64,000 nt of DNA from Rothia sp. (in: high G+C Gram-positive bacteria) (lineage in GTDB: Bacteria > Actinomycetota > Actinomycetes > Actinomycetales > Micrococcaceae), in contig JAXDRN010000009.1 in assembly GCA_034090985.1 (NCBI GenBank), positions 11,563-75,562 of the forward strand, given 5' to 3'. Made by a program: the position numbers and the translations under genes. Under the pieces are notes generated by a model. It saw only the letters and a program-made list of their open reading frames with translations, was not told where the DNA came from and did not search any database. Every line of letters starts with the position of its first letter. Positions within the stretch are counted from its first letter, which is position 1. Shown in pieces: positions 1-9,594 of this stretch.

Positions 1-29
1 GCTCACCCCCCCCTTTTTTCTAGGACCCT

Positions 30-1172
30 CTAGTGATTCATAGCCCCTTCTAGACCCTGGATAATTTCTTCAATAAAGCGCTCTTCACTGAAGCTAGCCA
101 CATGGGCCTTAATCAGCTCAGGGTCAAAGTCTTCTGGCCTATGGGCAAGAACTGCCTGCCTGATGAGCTCTGGGCTGGGTTCCTGAATAAAGGTTCCGTT
201 GATTCCCGGGCTAATGGTGTCAAGGAAGCCCCCGTCTTCTAGGGCGATGGTTGGCTTACCAAAGGCTCCCCCTTCTAGAGGAGTAATGCCGAAGTCTTCG
301 TGAGAGACAGCCAGTAGGGCCTTAGAGTGGGCATAGGCATAGTGCATCTGCTCATCTGAGATGTTACTGGCAAAGGCTACGTTTGGGCTGCTCAAGGCCT
401 TGAGCTCACTGAGCATAGGCCCAGCCCCAATGACCAGTAGCTTCTCGTCAAGGCCGGCAAAGGCCTCTACAGCCTGCTGAACGTTCTTGTAGGGCAGCAG
501 GCGGGAGACAATCATAAAGTAGCCCTCTGCCATGAAGTCTTCCAGGCCAGGGATAGGCTTTTGGTCTCCTTCAGCCCTAACTGAATAGGGGGGGAAGATA
601 ATATCTACCTCTTTGCCGTAGACCTCCCTGATTCGCTGCTGAATAGCAGTTGAGTTAGCTACATAGGCAGGGAATTTAGCGGCTGCTGTCTGGTCCCAGC
701 GCTTGAGGAAGGGTTTGATGGCCCTGAAGGCCAGGGCGATGCTCTTCTTGTGGCTGCTGCCCAGATACTGGTCAGTGAGGTAGATCCAGCGGGCTGGGGA
801 GTGGCAGTAGATAAAGGAGCTAGCTGGCAGCTTAAAGCCGTGGGCCCAGCCGGTGGTTGAAACCAGGGCAGTTTGAGCCCTGACCTTAAGCAGGCTTGAG
901 AAGAAAGGTAGCAGGGGCAGGGCTAGGCGGTGATCCTTACGGAAGAGGGGAATCTTATTCAGGGGGGAGGTGATAATAGTGCAGTCTTTGAACTCCGGGT
1001 AGGTGTTCTCAGGGTCGTAGAGAGTGGTGTAAATGGGAGCCTGGGGGTAGGCCTTATGGAGGGCTAGGACTACTCGTTCAGCCCCTCCCCTCTGGGTGAG
1101 GTAATCGTGGGCAATTGCGATAGGAACCTCTGGGGAGGAGGCACGACTATTTATTGAAAGCCGGGGGGACAT
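30..1172 (-). CDS. Glycosyltransferase family 4 (GT-B; WbaZ/mannosyltransferase-like)
   Basis: N-terminal AHDYLTQRGGAERV; C-terminal EDFGITPLEG (GT4 E-x7-E motif); last visible gene of the polysaccharide operon. Confidence 0.85.
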   Translation of the reverse strand: MSPRLSINSRASSPEVPIAIAHDYLTQRGGAERVVLALHKAYPQAPIYTTLYDPENTYPEFKDCTIITSPLNKIPLFRKDHRLALPLLPFFSSLLKVRAQTALVSTTGWAHGFKLPASSFIYCHSPARWIYLTDQYLGSSHKKSIALAFRAIKPFLKRWDQTAAAKFPAYVANSTAIQQRIREVYGKEVDIIFPPYSVRAEGDQKPIPGLEDFMAEGYFMIVSRLLPYKNVQQAVEAFAGLDEKLLVIGAGPMLSELKALSSPNVAFASNISDEQMHYAYAHSKALLAVSHEDFGITPLEGGAFGKPTIALEDGGFLDTISPGINGTFIQEPSPELIRQAVLAHRPEDFDPELIKAHVASFSEERFIEEIIQGLEGAMNH

Positions 1173-1191
1173 AGACGGGGGATTCTTTCCG

Positions 1192-2136
1192 TTAAAACTT
1201 TTTCTGGGCTCGCTGAGGGTAATTGATTCCAGCGTAACTTGCTGATTCGACCACTAGTGAAACTAGTTTTTCACCAATAGACTGTGGTAAGTAGGGAAGA
1301 AGCTGATCAGTAACTTTGCCCATCACCTGAATGGTCTTCTCAGTGGAAACAGAGGCAACAAGGCGGAGGGCCAGCCCCCAGATTCCCCTAGGATTTACTG
1401 GATTCAAGATATTTTGCCCATGTTTTTTGACAAATAGATTACGTGCAGCTCCTGAATATAGGGCTCGTTTGGCTCTGATAGCTGTTGTTGTTGCAGCAAC
1501 ATAATGGTTAGTTTCCAGGTCAGGGTCAATAATGATCCTCGCACCAGCCTTATAGGCCATATATCCCATATCGACATCCTCCCAACCGTACAGTCTGTAT
1601 CTAGGGTCATAGCCACCTAGCTGATCAAAGAGGTCCTTGGTCATTGAGACATTTCCTGCCCAGTAGATCCAGGACCGGTCCTGGGCAGTAGTGTAAGCAT
1701 CTTCCCTGAACTTTTGATCGCGGTAGTTTCCGTAGGCCTTAGAGTAGGGAGTGTCGGGGAAAATATTTTTATAGAGGCCAATAACACCGACCAGATCCCC
1801 TTCCTGATAGTGCTTGAGGTGCTGGCTTACATAGTGGGGCTCTGGGGCAAGATCGTCATCACAGCGGATAAGTACAGTCGCATCAGCAGCCTGATGCCCG
1901 GCGTTGAGGGCTGCAACCCGCCCACGATTCTCTTCAAAGACAATCATGGAGAGGTTCAGCTCTCCCCTATCAATGTACTCCTGAACAACTCCAGCAGAAT
2001 TATCAATGTCTCCATCAATCACCACAATAACCTGAAAGTCCTTTTCAGTCTGCTGAATTAAGGAGTCTAGGGGGTAGTGAAGTCTAGCGGCACCACCCCG
2101 AGTAGGAATGATGACAGCTGCCGAATACTTACTCAT
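1192..2136 (-). CDS. Glycosyltransferase family 2
   Basis: VIIPT start, VIVVIDGD, DxD-like RCDDD, GGYDPRYRLYGWEDVD typical of GT2. Confidence 0.88.
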   Translation of the reverse strand: MSKYSAAVIIPTRGGAARLHYPLDSLIQQTEKDFQVIVVIDGDIDNSAGVVQEYIDRGELNLSMIVFEENRGRVAALNAGHQAADATVLIRCDDDLAPEPHYVSQHLKHYQEGDLVGVIGLYKNIFPDTPYSKAYGNYRDQKFREDAYTTAQDRSWIYWAGNVSMTKDLFDQLGGYDPRYRLYGWEDVDMGYMAYKAGARIIIDPDLETNHYVAATTTAIRAKRALYSGAARNLFVKKHGQNILNPVNPRGIWGLALRLVASVSTEKTIQVMGKVTDQLLPYLPQSIGEKLVSLVVESASYAGINYPQRAQKKF

Positions 2137-3194
2137 TATTTATTAAGACCTTCTACATTATCAATTATCTGGCTAACCCGAGCTTTACCAGATTCAGGAG
2201 AATAATTCTCGTACCAACGCCAATAATTTCTACTTACAACCTCTTCCAAGGTTTCACTTGAAGTAAGAAGGTGAGAAGAAATATCCATTAAGGTATCTGC
2301 AATTGATTGACTGCTGCCCCGCTGAGCTAGCCAGGGGTAGCCCTCCCCCACGATTGAAGGCAGGGCACCTGAGTTAGTCACCAGCAGGGGCACCTTAGCG
2401 CTCATTGCCTCAGCCGCAACTAGACCGAAGGGTTCATCCCACTGAGAGGGCATGGCAAGGCAATCTACCTGGGCAAAGAAGTCTTCAGGCTCAACCCAAC
2501 CAAGGGTGACCAAATCATCACCCAATCTGGCGAGGGCTTCTTCTACCCGGTTCTGCGCACCTTCCTTAACGAACCTTGCTTCACCACCAATCAGCAGCTT
2601 GAAGTGAATATCCTTCTGCTGCTGGTTGAGCTGGTAGATAGCATCAGCCAGGAGGTCTGTTCCCTTAATTTCTGAAACACGCCCCAGGAAACCTACAGCA
2701 AGCGTTGACCGATCCTGGGTTGTGGATTGAAGGGGTTTAGCTACTTCTGGCACCCAGTTCTCTAGGACGGTGCTACCGGCTACCCGTTCTGCCATAAAGG
2801 CACTAGGCACGAGGGTTAGCAGGGCTCCCCGGCGGGCAATTTTAGCCGCTAGCTTTTGGCCCCCAGTAGGTAGCTGGTGAAGGTGAACAATCCTGGGGCC
2901 TAGGCCTGCTGTTGCCAGGGAGGGAACAAGGCCATTGCACCAGAGCAGTTCCTTCCTGTTACGGCCCCTCCAGAGGCGAAGCTGGGCCATGTAGGACTTT
3001 CGGTCCTGGGCAGGAAGAACTAGGGTGGAAAAACCTTCATCAGCTGCTGCCTCTAGCAGTTCAGCCGGTTGGGCTGGACCAATAATGGTAACTGACTTAC
3101 CAAGGGATCGAAGGGCACGGGCCAGGTGAAGGAGCATAACCTCTCCCCCACCCATATCACCATTATTAGTTGCAATATAAACTTTCTTGCCCAA
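2136..3194 (-). CDS. Glycosyltransferase family 4
   Basis: GGGEVM N-terminal loop, GFLGRVSEIKG, EPFGLVAAEAM motif. Confidence 0.88.
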   Translation of the reverse strand: MGKKVYIATNNGDMGGGEVMLLHLARALRSLGKSVTIIGPAQPAELLEAAADEGFSTLVLPAQDRKSYMAQLRLWRGRNRKELLWCNGLVPSLATAGLGPRIVHLHQLPTGGQKLAAKIARRGALLTLVPSAFMAERVAGSTVLENWVPEVAKPLQSTTQDRSTLAVGFLGRVSEIKGTDLLADAIYQLNQQQKDIHFKLLIGGEARFVKEGAQNRVEEALARLGDDLVTLGWVEPEDFFAQVDCLAMPSQWDEPFGLVAAEAMSAKVPLLVTNSGALPSIVGEGYPWLAQRGSSQSIADTLMDISSHLLTSSETLEEVVSRNYWRWYENYSPESGKARVSQIIDNVEGLNK

Positions 3195-3196
3195 GC

Positions 3197-4441
3197 CTAT
3201 ACCTTTTCCTTTAATAGGGCATCATAGCCAAATCTATCAATATCCTTATTTTCCCTGCTATCGATAATTAAGGTACGAATAACATATCCAAGGCAAATAG
3301 CCCAAGGAAGTGTATAAAACACTTCACCCAAGCGTAAGGAACAGATTAAGATAGCTACCCCAATTCCCTGACCGATAATCTGAGAAGAAGTCCAGCCCGG
3401 ATTCTTAGTCAGTGGCATAACCATCACAAACAGGGTGATAGCCACAAGAGAAATAGCCCAGGGCCAGCCGCCCTCTACGAAGGCTGACCAGTAGGAGTTA
3501 TGGAAGAACCAAGTACGCTCCTGGGCCGTTTCGAATACATAAGCCTCACCTAGCCCCTGCCCAAAAAATCCCGTCTGTTGCACTTTTGCCCATGACATCT
3601 CATCGATACGAGCCCGTAGGGCATCTGTACCGGTTCTATCACCAAAAACAGCGGCATCTGCAAAATCTTCTGTCATGAAACCCAGCAGCCACCAGAAAAG
3701 AGCAAGCAAAGCAACCTTAGCTAGGGGAACCAGGCGGGGGGCCACAAGAATCCACAGATAGGCAAAAAGCAGGGCAGCAAGAGAAGTTCGAGATCCTGTC
3801 TCCCAGAGCAGAAAAGCAGAGAAAAGCAAGGCAAAAATCTGCTGCCAGCGTTTAGACAAGGTTGTAATCACCAGCAGGGCAAAAAGGGCATGGACCAATC
3901 CTGCATAGTTCTTATCCAAGAGGTATCCGGTCAAATAGCCACCATAATTATCTGGGGCGAAGCCTACATAAAAGAGAAGAGCATTAACAATCAGAGCAGA
4001 GGCGTAACCCAGTATTGCCGATCGCAGATGCACGCGCCCAACTGCTATTACATAAATCAGACCGGTTGTAGCAAGAAGGCGAAGAAGGCGCCTGGTCCAG
4101 TCTGATGCGTACTGGCTAGGATCAGCAAGGGCTGAAACTAGCGAAACGTAGGCTAGCAGACAGGCAAGAAGAAGAAAAATCCTCGACCAGTTACCCAGAG
4201 CAAAATTAGGCTTGCGCCTCATAGCAAAAGCAAGAATCACAAAAACCATCAGCTGGTTAAAGGGAAGCCCGATACCAGGAACCGGCTGGGCATAAATCAG
4301 CGCAGCAAACATCAGGAAGTCAGATAACCGTACCTGAGAGGCCTGAACTCTTGCAGCCTCACCAGCCTGGCGGGCTAGGTCACCAACAGTACGGTCAGCA
4401 AGGGTAATTTTCCCCTGATCACTCACACTAACAAGGGCCAT
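3197..4441 (-). CDS. Wzy-like polysaccharide polymerase / O-antigen ligase family membrane protein
   Basis: Many hydrophobic segments, TGSRTS motif, FFHNSYW motif (HN-x-Y of Wzy_C family), inside glycan operon. Confidence 0.7.
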   Translation of the reverse strand: MALVSVSDQGKITLADRTVGDLARQAGEAARVQASQVRLSDFLMFAALIYAQPVPGIGLPFNQLMVFVILAFAMRRKPNFALGNWSRIFLLLACLLAYVSLVSALADPSQYASDWTRRLLRLLATTGLIYVIAVGRVHLRSAILGYASALIVNALLFYVGFAPDNYGGYLTGYLLDKNYAGLVHALFALLVITTLSKRWQQIFALLFSAFLLWETGSRTSLAALLFAYLWILVAPRLVPLAKVALLALFWWLLGFMTEDFADAAVFGDRTGTDALRARIDEMSWAKVQQTGFFGQGLGEAYVFETAQERTWFFHNSYWSAFVEGGWPWAISLVAITLFVMVMPLTKNPGWTSSQIIGQGIGVAILICSLRLGEVFYTLPWAICLGYVIRTLIIDSRENKDIDRFGYDALLKEKV

Positions 4442-4442
4442 C

Positions 4443-5570
4443 TCAGCCTACCTTCTGATATAGGTCAACAAGTTTCTGCCCCATCTCTTCCTTTGTCATC
4501 CAGTCAAAGGAAGGAGCTAGAGACTTCTGGGTAGCTAAAATTTTCTGGGCTACTGCCCCTACAGCCTCTTCTCTGCTCAGCTGCTCAAAAGAGGGTAGCA
4601 GCTCAGAGTCATCAAGAATCTCTGGGTTACCACCCACAGCTGTTGCGACAACAGCCAGGCCTGCGGCCTTAGCGTCCAGCAGGGTATAGGAGCAGTTCTC
4701 CCAGACAGAAAGCTGCACCAGCACGTCCGCCCGGCCCATAGCCTCAATCGGGTCAACAAAGCCAGGGAAGGTAACTACAGCCTCAAGCCCCAGGGCCCGA
4801 GCCTGGTCCTCTAGGGCAGCCTTCAGTTCACCGGAACCAGCAATTTCAAGGCTTGTTCCCGGTAGCTGCTGATGAACCTGGGCAAAGGCCTCAAGAAGAA
4901 TATCCAGGCCCTTCTCAGGGGCAAGACGGGACAGGGAAAGAACCCACAGGCTCCCCTCCCCCGCTTCCTGCCGGTGAGCTGCAACAGCCTGATAGGTTTG
5001 GGCCGCATCAATACCGTTGTAGATTACTTCAACACCCCGGGCCCCCCACTTAGCCTGCATCTGGTCAGCGGTTGACTGCGACACAGCAATCTTGCCGTCG
5101 GTTCCCCACAGACGCACCCGGTGGACGGTTTCCATCAAACGCGAGCGCCAGGAGCTGCCGTGGTAAACAGAATCGTTACCGGCAATACCGTGCTCAGTGG
5201 TGAACAGGGTCGGTACGTAGGTTCCGCGGCGAACTAGTTTACGGGCCTTCCGCAGATTCACCGCGGCAGCCGCAACAACATCAGCGTAAGCCAGGTGGGA
5301 ATGCACGATGGCCGGTTTAAGGTCATCGATGAGGGTATCAAGGGTATGTAAGGACGCCGCGAACCCGGCTCCCGTACCAAAATCGGCTTCGCGCACGTCC
5401 GCACCCAACTCTTTGAGACGAGCAGAAAGGGCGCCTGTGGGGCAGAGCACTACAAGGTGATAACCGGGTAGCCCGGCTTCAGCGATATCGCTAACATGCC
5501 GGGCTACCCCACCAAACTCTGGAACCGGTACGCAGTGCAGGGCGACCGGTAGCTTGGGGTCTAGAGCCAC
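4443..5570 (-). CDS. Glycosyltransferase family 4
   Basis: FGGVARHV, HSHL, TEHG, SRLAPEKG, ENCSYTLLDA (second Glu replaced by Asp). Confidence 0.85.
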   Translation of the reverse strand: MALDPKLPVALHCVPVPEFGGVARHVSDIAEAGLPGYHLVVLCPTGALSARLKELGADVREADFGTGAGFAASLHTLDTLIDDLKPAIVHSHLAYADVVAAAAVNLRKARKLVRRGTYVPTLFTTEHGIAGNDSVYHGSSWRSRLMETVHRVRLWGTDGKIAVSQSTADQMQAKWGARGVEVIYNGIDAAQTYQAVAAHRQEAGEGSLWVLSLSRLAPEKGLDILLEAFAQVHQQLPGTSLEIAGSGELKAALEDQARALGLEAVVTFPGFVDPIEAMGRADVLVQLSVWENCSYTLLDAKAAGLAVVATAVGGNPEILDDSELLPSFEQLSREEAVGAVAQKILATQKSLAPSFDWMTKEEMGQKLVDLYQKVG

Positions 5571-7804
5571 TTTTCCAGCCTATCCAGGGCGGTAAAGAAG
5601 CCCTCACCGTTATTGACATGGCCCTGCCAGATTTCAGGGATGAAGGATGACTTGGGGGTCAGTTCCCGCAGCTGCTTGCCTAGGGCTGCCCAGTCAACGT
5701 CGCCTTCGCCCACCTGAACACCTTCGCCGTCCACGCCGATGCCGTCTACCAGGTGCAGGTGGATGGAGCGGGGGGCCAGAAGCTCAACAGCCTCAGAGAG
5801 GGGGATCTTCAGGAAGTTAGCTGCCAGCATGGTGTGCGAGATGTCCAGGCAGAGGGCGGTGTTGTAGGTGTCAGAGAAGTCAGCAGTGTCCTTGGGGTCC
5901 AGGAAGAGGTTGTGGTACTGCTGGCCACCCATCAGCCAGGGGTAGGGGGGCAGGGTCTGGGCGGCTAGGCGAACGCCAGAGGTATCAAGCTGCTTGAGGG
6001 CCTGACCGATCCGCTCGTACTTTTCAGCCCGGGCTGAGGGGGCAATATGCCCGTCCTTAGTGAAACCGCCCATGGTAACGACCATGACCGGGTCATCATC
6101 TACGGTGAAGTAGCGGGTTAGGTCGCGGGTAATGTCAATGGTCCGCTGAACTTCAGCAATTGACCGCTCCCAGATCTGCTGGTCAGCAGAGGCCAAATCA
6201 ACCAGGAAGTCACCGGCAAAGAGGTCAGGCAGGTGGGTTGTGAAGGACATATCCAGCTTGCGGTCAAAGACCTCATCAATATTGACTTCAAGGTCCTTGT
6301 AAGAGAAGTGGAATTCTAGGAAGTCAGGCTCAGCCCCCTCAATCAGAGGCTTGTAGTCGTGGTAGCGAACCGGCAGACCCCAGGGGCGGTCAAACTTGAA
6401 GTCCCGGCGGGTTACCAGGTCGTCCTTCAGGTCGCCTTCAAAGAAGAAGGAGCCAGCTTCAACCTCTCGCTGCATGGTTCGGCCCAGCAGCTGGGGCAGG
6501 TAGTTAGGCTGTAGGCCCCGACCGGGTGACTTAATCTCAACGTCAGCCTCAGTAACAACCTCGCCCTTAGCGATAGTGCGGGTAGCTACCAGAGACTTCG
6601 CCAGGTTCACCCGGTTCATCAGTTCGCCGGTAGAGACCTCGCGGGGGGCTGAGGTACCAATAGATTCTTCAATCTCACGAATCTGCTGAACCATGGCCTT
6701 GAATTCCTCAGGCAGCAGGGAGACAGTGTGGTCGTTCCCCTCTAGGGTCTTATCAACAGTGAAGTGCTTTTCAATGATCTTAGCTCCGCGGGCTACGGCG
6801 GCAAGGGGCACATGGTAGCCGCGTTCGTGGCCTGAGTAGCCCACCAGGCACTGGCCGATTTCAGCCAGACGGTCCATGTAGGCCAGGTTAACGTCCTTGA
6901 AGGGTGCCGGGTAGGTGGACTGGCACTGCAGCAGGGCGTAAGAAGCACCTAGGGAGCGCAGGAGTTTGACGGATTCACGGATTTCTTCTTCCCGGCTCAT
7001 ACCGGTAGAAACCAGCATGGGCAGGCCGCGTGAGGCCATGTCCCGGAGCAGGTCATGGTTGGTCAGGTCAGCTGAGGCAACCTTAAGGCCCTGCACCCCG
7101 TAGTCAACCAGGGCCTGTACTGAGGGGCCGTCCCAGGGGGTACACATGATGTCCATATCATGCTGCTTGACGTGGTCAAAGACCTCGTACATCTGATCAA
7201 CGGTCAGAGAGAAGCGGGAAAGCAGGTCAAGGGTGTACTGAACGCCCAGGTCTTCGCCGGCCGACTTAGAACCCTTCTGCCGGTAGAGGGCGTCCATATC
7301 CCGCAGCTGGAACTTAACAGCATCAGCCCCGGTGTCAACGGCAAGGTCAACAAGGCGCTTGGCTAGGTCAACATCGCCCTGATGGTTGTTGCCGATTTCA
7401 GCAATGATGAAGGAGGGGGAATCTTCAGTGATTTCGGTGCGGCCAATGCGCAGGATATTCTGCTCATCCATGGCAATAGCAACCAGGTGGCCGCGCTCAT
7501 CGACCAGGGGAAGGTGGCTAATGCCCTTGGCGAACTCGCCCTGAAGGTCTGCCGGTTCTGAACCTAGGGGTGCGGTCTTCACCTGGCGGTTAGCGACCTC
7601 TAGGGTGCTAGTTTCTAGGGAGGCAGTGGGGTTGGCAATGAGCCAGCGGCGAAAGTCACCGTCAGACAGGGAGCCCTGTAGAATGCCTGACTCGTTGACC
7701 AGGAAGATAATGCGCTGACCGTTAGCAGAAATTTTCTGCAGGGCGGTTAGGACCGGGTCCTCTGAAAAAACGATGTAGGGGGTGATATTGCGTTCGATAA
7801 TCAT
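5561..7804 (-). CDS. neuB: Nonulosonic acid synthase (NeuB family) fused to an N-terminal CBS pair and to C-terminal SAF and xylose-isomerase-like TIM-barrel domains
   Basis: IIAEIGNNHQGD, AVKFQ, KVASADL, STGMS, GYSGHE, IIEKHFT motifs; KSLVA...KSPGRGL SAF domain; CBS-like GSLSDGDFRR; C-terminal LDISH...HLHLVDG...PEIWQGH. Confidence 0.9.
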   Translation of the reverse strand: MIIERNITPYIVFSEDPVLTALQKISANGQRIIFLVNESGILQGSLSDGDFRRWLIANPTASLETSTLEVANRQVKTAPLGSEPADLQGEFAKGISHLPLVDERGHLVAIAMDEQNILRIGRTEITEDSPSFIIAEIGNNHQGDVDLAKRLVDLAVDTGADAVKFQLRDMDALYRQKGSKSAGEDLGVQYTLDLLSRFSLTVDQMYEVFDHVKQHDMDIMCTPWDGPSVQALVDYGVQGLKVASADLTNHDLLRDMASRGLPMLVSTGMSREEEIRESVKLLRSLGASYALLQCQSTYPAPFKDVNLAYMDRLAEIGQCLVGYSGHERGYHVPLAAVARGAKIIEKHFTVDKTLEGNDHTVSLLPEEFKAMVQQIREIEESIGTSAPREVSTGELMNRVNLAKSLVATRTIAKGEVVTEADVEIKSPGRGLQPNYLPQLLGRTMQREVEAGSFFFEGDLKDDLVTRRDFKFDRPWGLPVRYHDYKPLIEGAEPDFLEFHFSYKDLEVNIDEVFDRKLDMSFTTHLPDLFAGDFLVDLASADQQIWERSIAEVQRTIDITRDLTRYFTVDDDPVMVVTMGGFTKDGHIAPSARAEKYERIGQALKQLDTSGVRLAAQTLPPYPWLMGGQQYHNLFLDPKDTADFSDTYNTALCLDISHTMLAANFLKIPLSEAVELLAPRSIHLHLVDGIGVDGEGVQVGEGDVDWAALGKQLRELTPKSSFIPEIWQGHVNNGEGFFTALDRLEKWL

Positions 7805-7812
7805 GGGGGGAT

Positions 7813-8535
7813 TTAGCTTTCTTCGTCTTCTGCAGAGGCTAGGGTAGCCAGCAGCTGGTGTTCAGCAAGGGTAAAGTCGATCATGGCGTCAATGTCTACG
7901 CCTTCTACCTCATCGAGCAGGAAAAGCTCAATTTTGCCGCCTAGGCGGTTGTGAAGGCTCTCGTAGAGATCGGTTGAGGTGATGTACATTGAGCCGTTTT
8001 CCCGGTAGCGGAAGGTTTCCCGGGTTAGTTCCTGGCGGCGGGGGCGGGCCATGACCTCATACTGGGCGGTGGGGGGTTCTGTTGCTGCCCAGATGAAGGG
8101 GCCGATGGGAATAACGCCCACCATGGAGTCTGAGTCTGAGCCGGCAAACTGACGGACGGCCCGGGCCAGGGTGCCAGGAAGGCGAACTGGTGAGGTAACC
8201 TGCAGGAGCATCACAGCATCAGGGCGCTGGCCAGCGGCAGTGTAGAAGTCAATGGCGTGTTCAACAACCGGTTCTGTTGCGGTGGTGTCTTCAGCTAGGT
8301 GGGCCGGTCGCATAAAGGGCACCTGGGCCCCGTACTGGCGGGCGATGTCTGCAAGTTCAGCGTCATCGGTTGAGACAACTACATCAAGCTGGTGCTCTTC
8401 TGCCAGTTCTTCCTGGGCAGCGAGCGCCTGTTCAATGGTCCAGGCCAGCAGAGGTTTGCCTGCAATGGGTTTAAGGTTTTTGCGGGGAATTCCCTTGGAC
8501 CCGCCGCGAACGGGTATAAGGCAGAGAATACGCAT
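7813..8535 (-). CDS. neuA: CMP-nonulosonate synthetase (acylneuraminate cytidylyltransferase)
   Basis: IPVRGGSKGIPRKN, VSTDD, LQVTSP, ENGSMY, VDIDAMIDF motifs. Confidence 0.9.
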   Translation of the reverse strand: MRILCLIPVRGGSKGIPRKNLKPIAGKPLLAWTIEQALAAQEELAEEHQLDVVVSTDDAELADIARQYGAQVPFMRPAHLAEDTTATEPVVEHAIDFYTAAGQRPDAVMLLQVTSPVRLPGTLARAVRQFAGSDSDSMVGVIPIGPFIWAATEPPTAQYEVMARPRRQELTRETFRYRENGSMYITSTDLYESLHNRLGGKIELFLLDEVEGVDIDAMIDFTLAEHQLLATLASAEDEES

Positions 8536-9594
8536 CTAGACTGTTGTCTCCTCTAAATAGTGTGCGATTGCGAGTGCTGGGGCCTTCTCAGGCACCTGGG
8601 GGGCGGGGGTTGGGTCCTGACCCCACTGGTTCATGCCGTAGCGTTCCCAAAAGTCAGTTACCCAGGTTGGGGGGTTGGGGTGGTAGACCCAGGAGGGCAC
8701 CCCTCTGAGGGCGGCCTCAAGAACACCTGTTGAAAAGATTGAGACAACAGGGCTTGTGACCTGGTTGAGGGGTTGCTCGCCCGAATCTAAGTCTATCCCC
8801 ATTTTGCCCCACAGACTATGGGTAAGTCTAGAAAGGATGTCCTTTTCTTGGGGGTGAGGTCGATAACGGGCCTGCTGGTCCTTACAGAAACGGTAGCCAG
8901 CCTGGGCGTAGGAGAGGCGGGGCAGCTCAGCCCCGTGCATCTGCCCCAGGAAGACCGGCTGGGCCTGGGGGTCCACTCCTTCCAGGGGTGGCTTTTGGGC
9001 CGCCTCCCAGAAGAGCTGGGAGCCAACGACCTCATAGCTAATATCCTCCCGGCCAGAGATCCAGAAGTCAGCATCAGCCTGGCTAAAGGCCAGCAGGTGA
9101 CTGCCAGGAGCCAGCGGGGGTGCGTAGGGGGTGTGTAGCCCGTGCTGAATAGTGACAAAGCGCAGGCCCCTGCGGTCAGCAAAGCGGTAGGCTGCAGCCC
9201 CCAGGGCCATGTAGTGGCCCAGGGCTAGAACCTGCTGAACCTGAGGTAGGGCCAGCTCTAGGTCAAACTCATTGCAGGGCTTAACAGACCAGCCCTCCCC
9301 CAGGAACTGGCTGGTCATGTCTTCTGGGGCCCAGAAGGCGTAGGGCAGCTGCTCAAGGTAGCCTGCCGGTTTCAGCAGGGAGGCTAGGGAGGTAGGTGAG
9401 AAGGAGTCAAGAACGAAGAGCAGCTTGGCCGCCTCTGGGCCCAGATGCAAGTAGCCCTGCTGGGCTTCCTGGCCCTCGGCTGCCTGAGTCCCTGTGCGCA
9501 GGGAGGTTAGCTTCAGCTTAGCCCTCCGCAGCAGGTGGGCATTGGCCTGCCAGCGGGACCAGGCCTCTAAATCGTTGGGGTAGATTAGGCCCAT
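8536..9594 (-). CDS. Hypothetical protein, probable GT-B fold transferase (candidate nonulosonate transferase)
   Basis: Coupled to neuA; motifs TIQHGL, YRPHP.E and STGVLEAALRGVP resemble the QHG / HP / S-T-x-x-x-E-A signatures of GT-B CMP-sugar and CDP-polyol transferases. Confidence 0.45.
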   Translation of the reverse strand: MGLIYPNDLEAWSRWQANAHLLRRAKLKLTSLRTGTQAAEGQEAQQGYLHLGPEAAKLLFVLDSFSPTSLASLLKPAGYLEQLPYAFWAPEDMTSQFLGEGWSVKPCNEFDLELALPQVQQVLALGHYMALGAAAYRFADRRGLRFVTIQHGLHTPYAPPLAPGSHLLAFSQADADFWISGREDISYEVVGSQLFWEAAQKPPLEGVDPQAQPVFLGQMHGAELPRLSYAQAGYRFCKDQQARYRPHPQEKDILSRLTHSLWGKMGIDLDSGEQPLNQVTSPVVSIFSTGVLEAALRGVPSWVYHPNPPTWVTDFWERYGMNQWGQDPTPAPQVPEKAPALAIAHYLEETTV

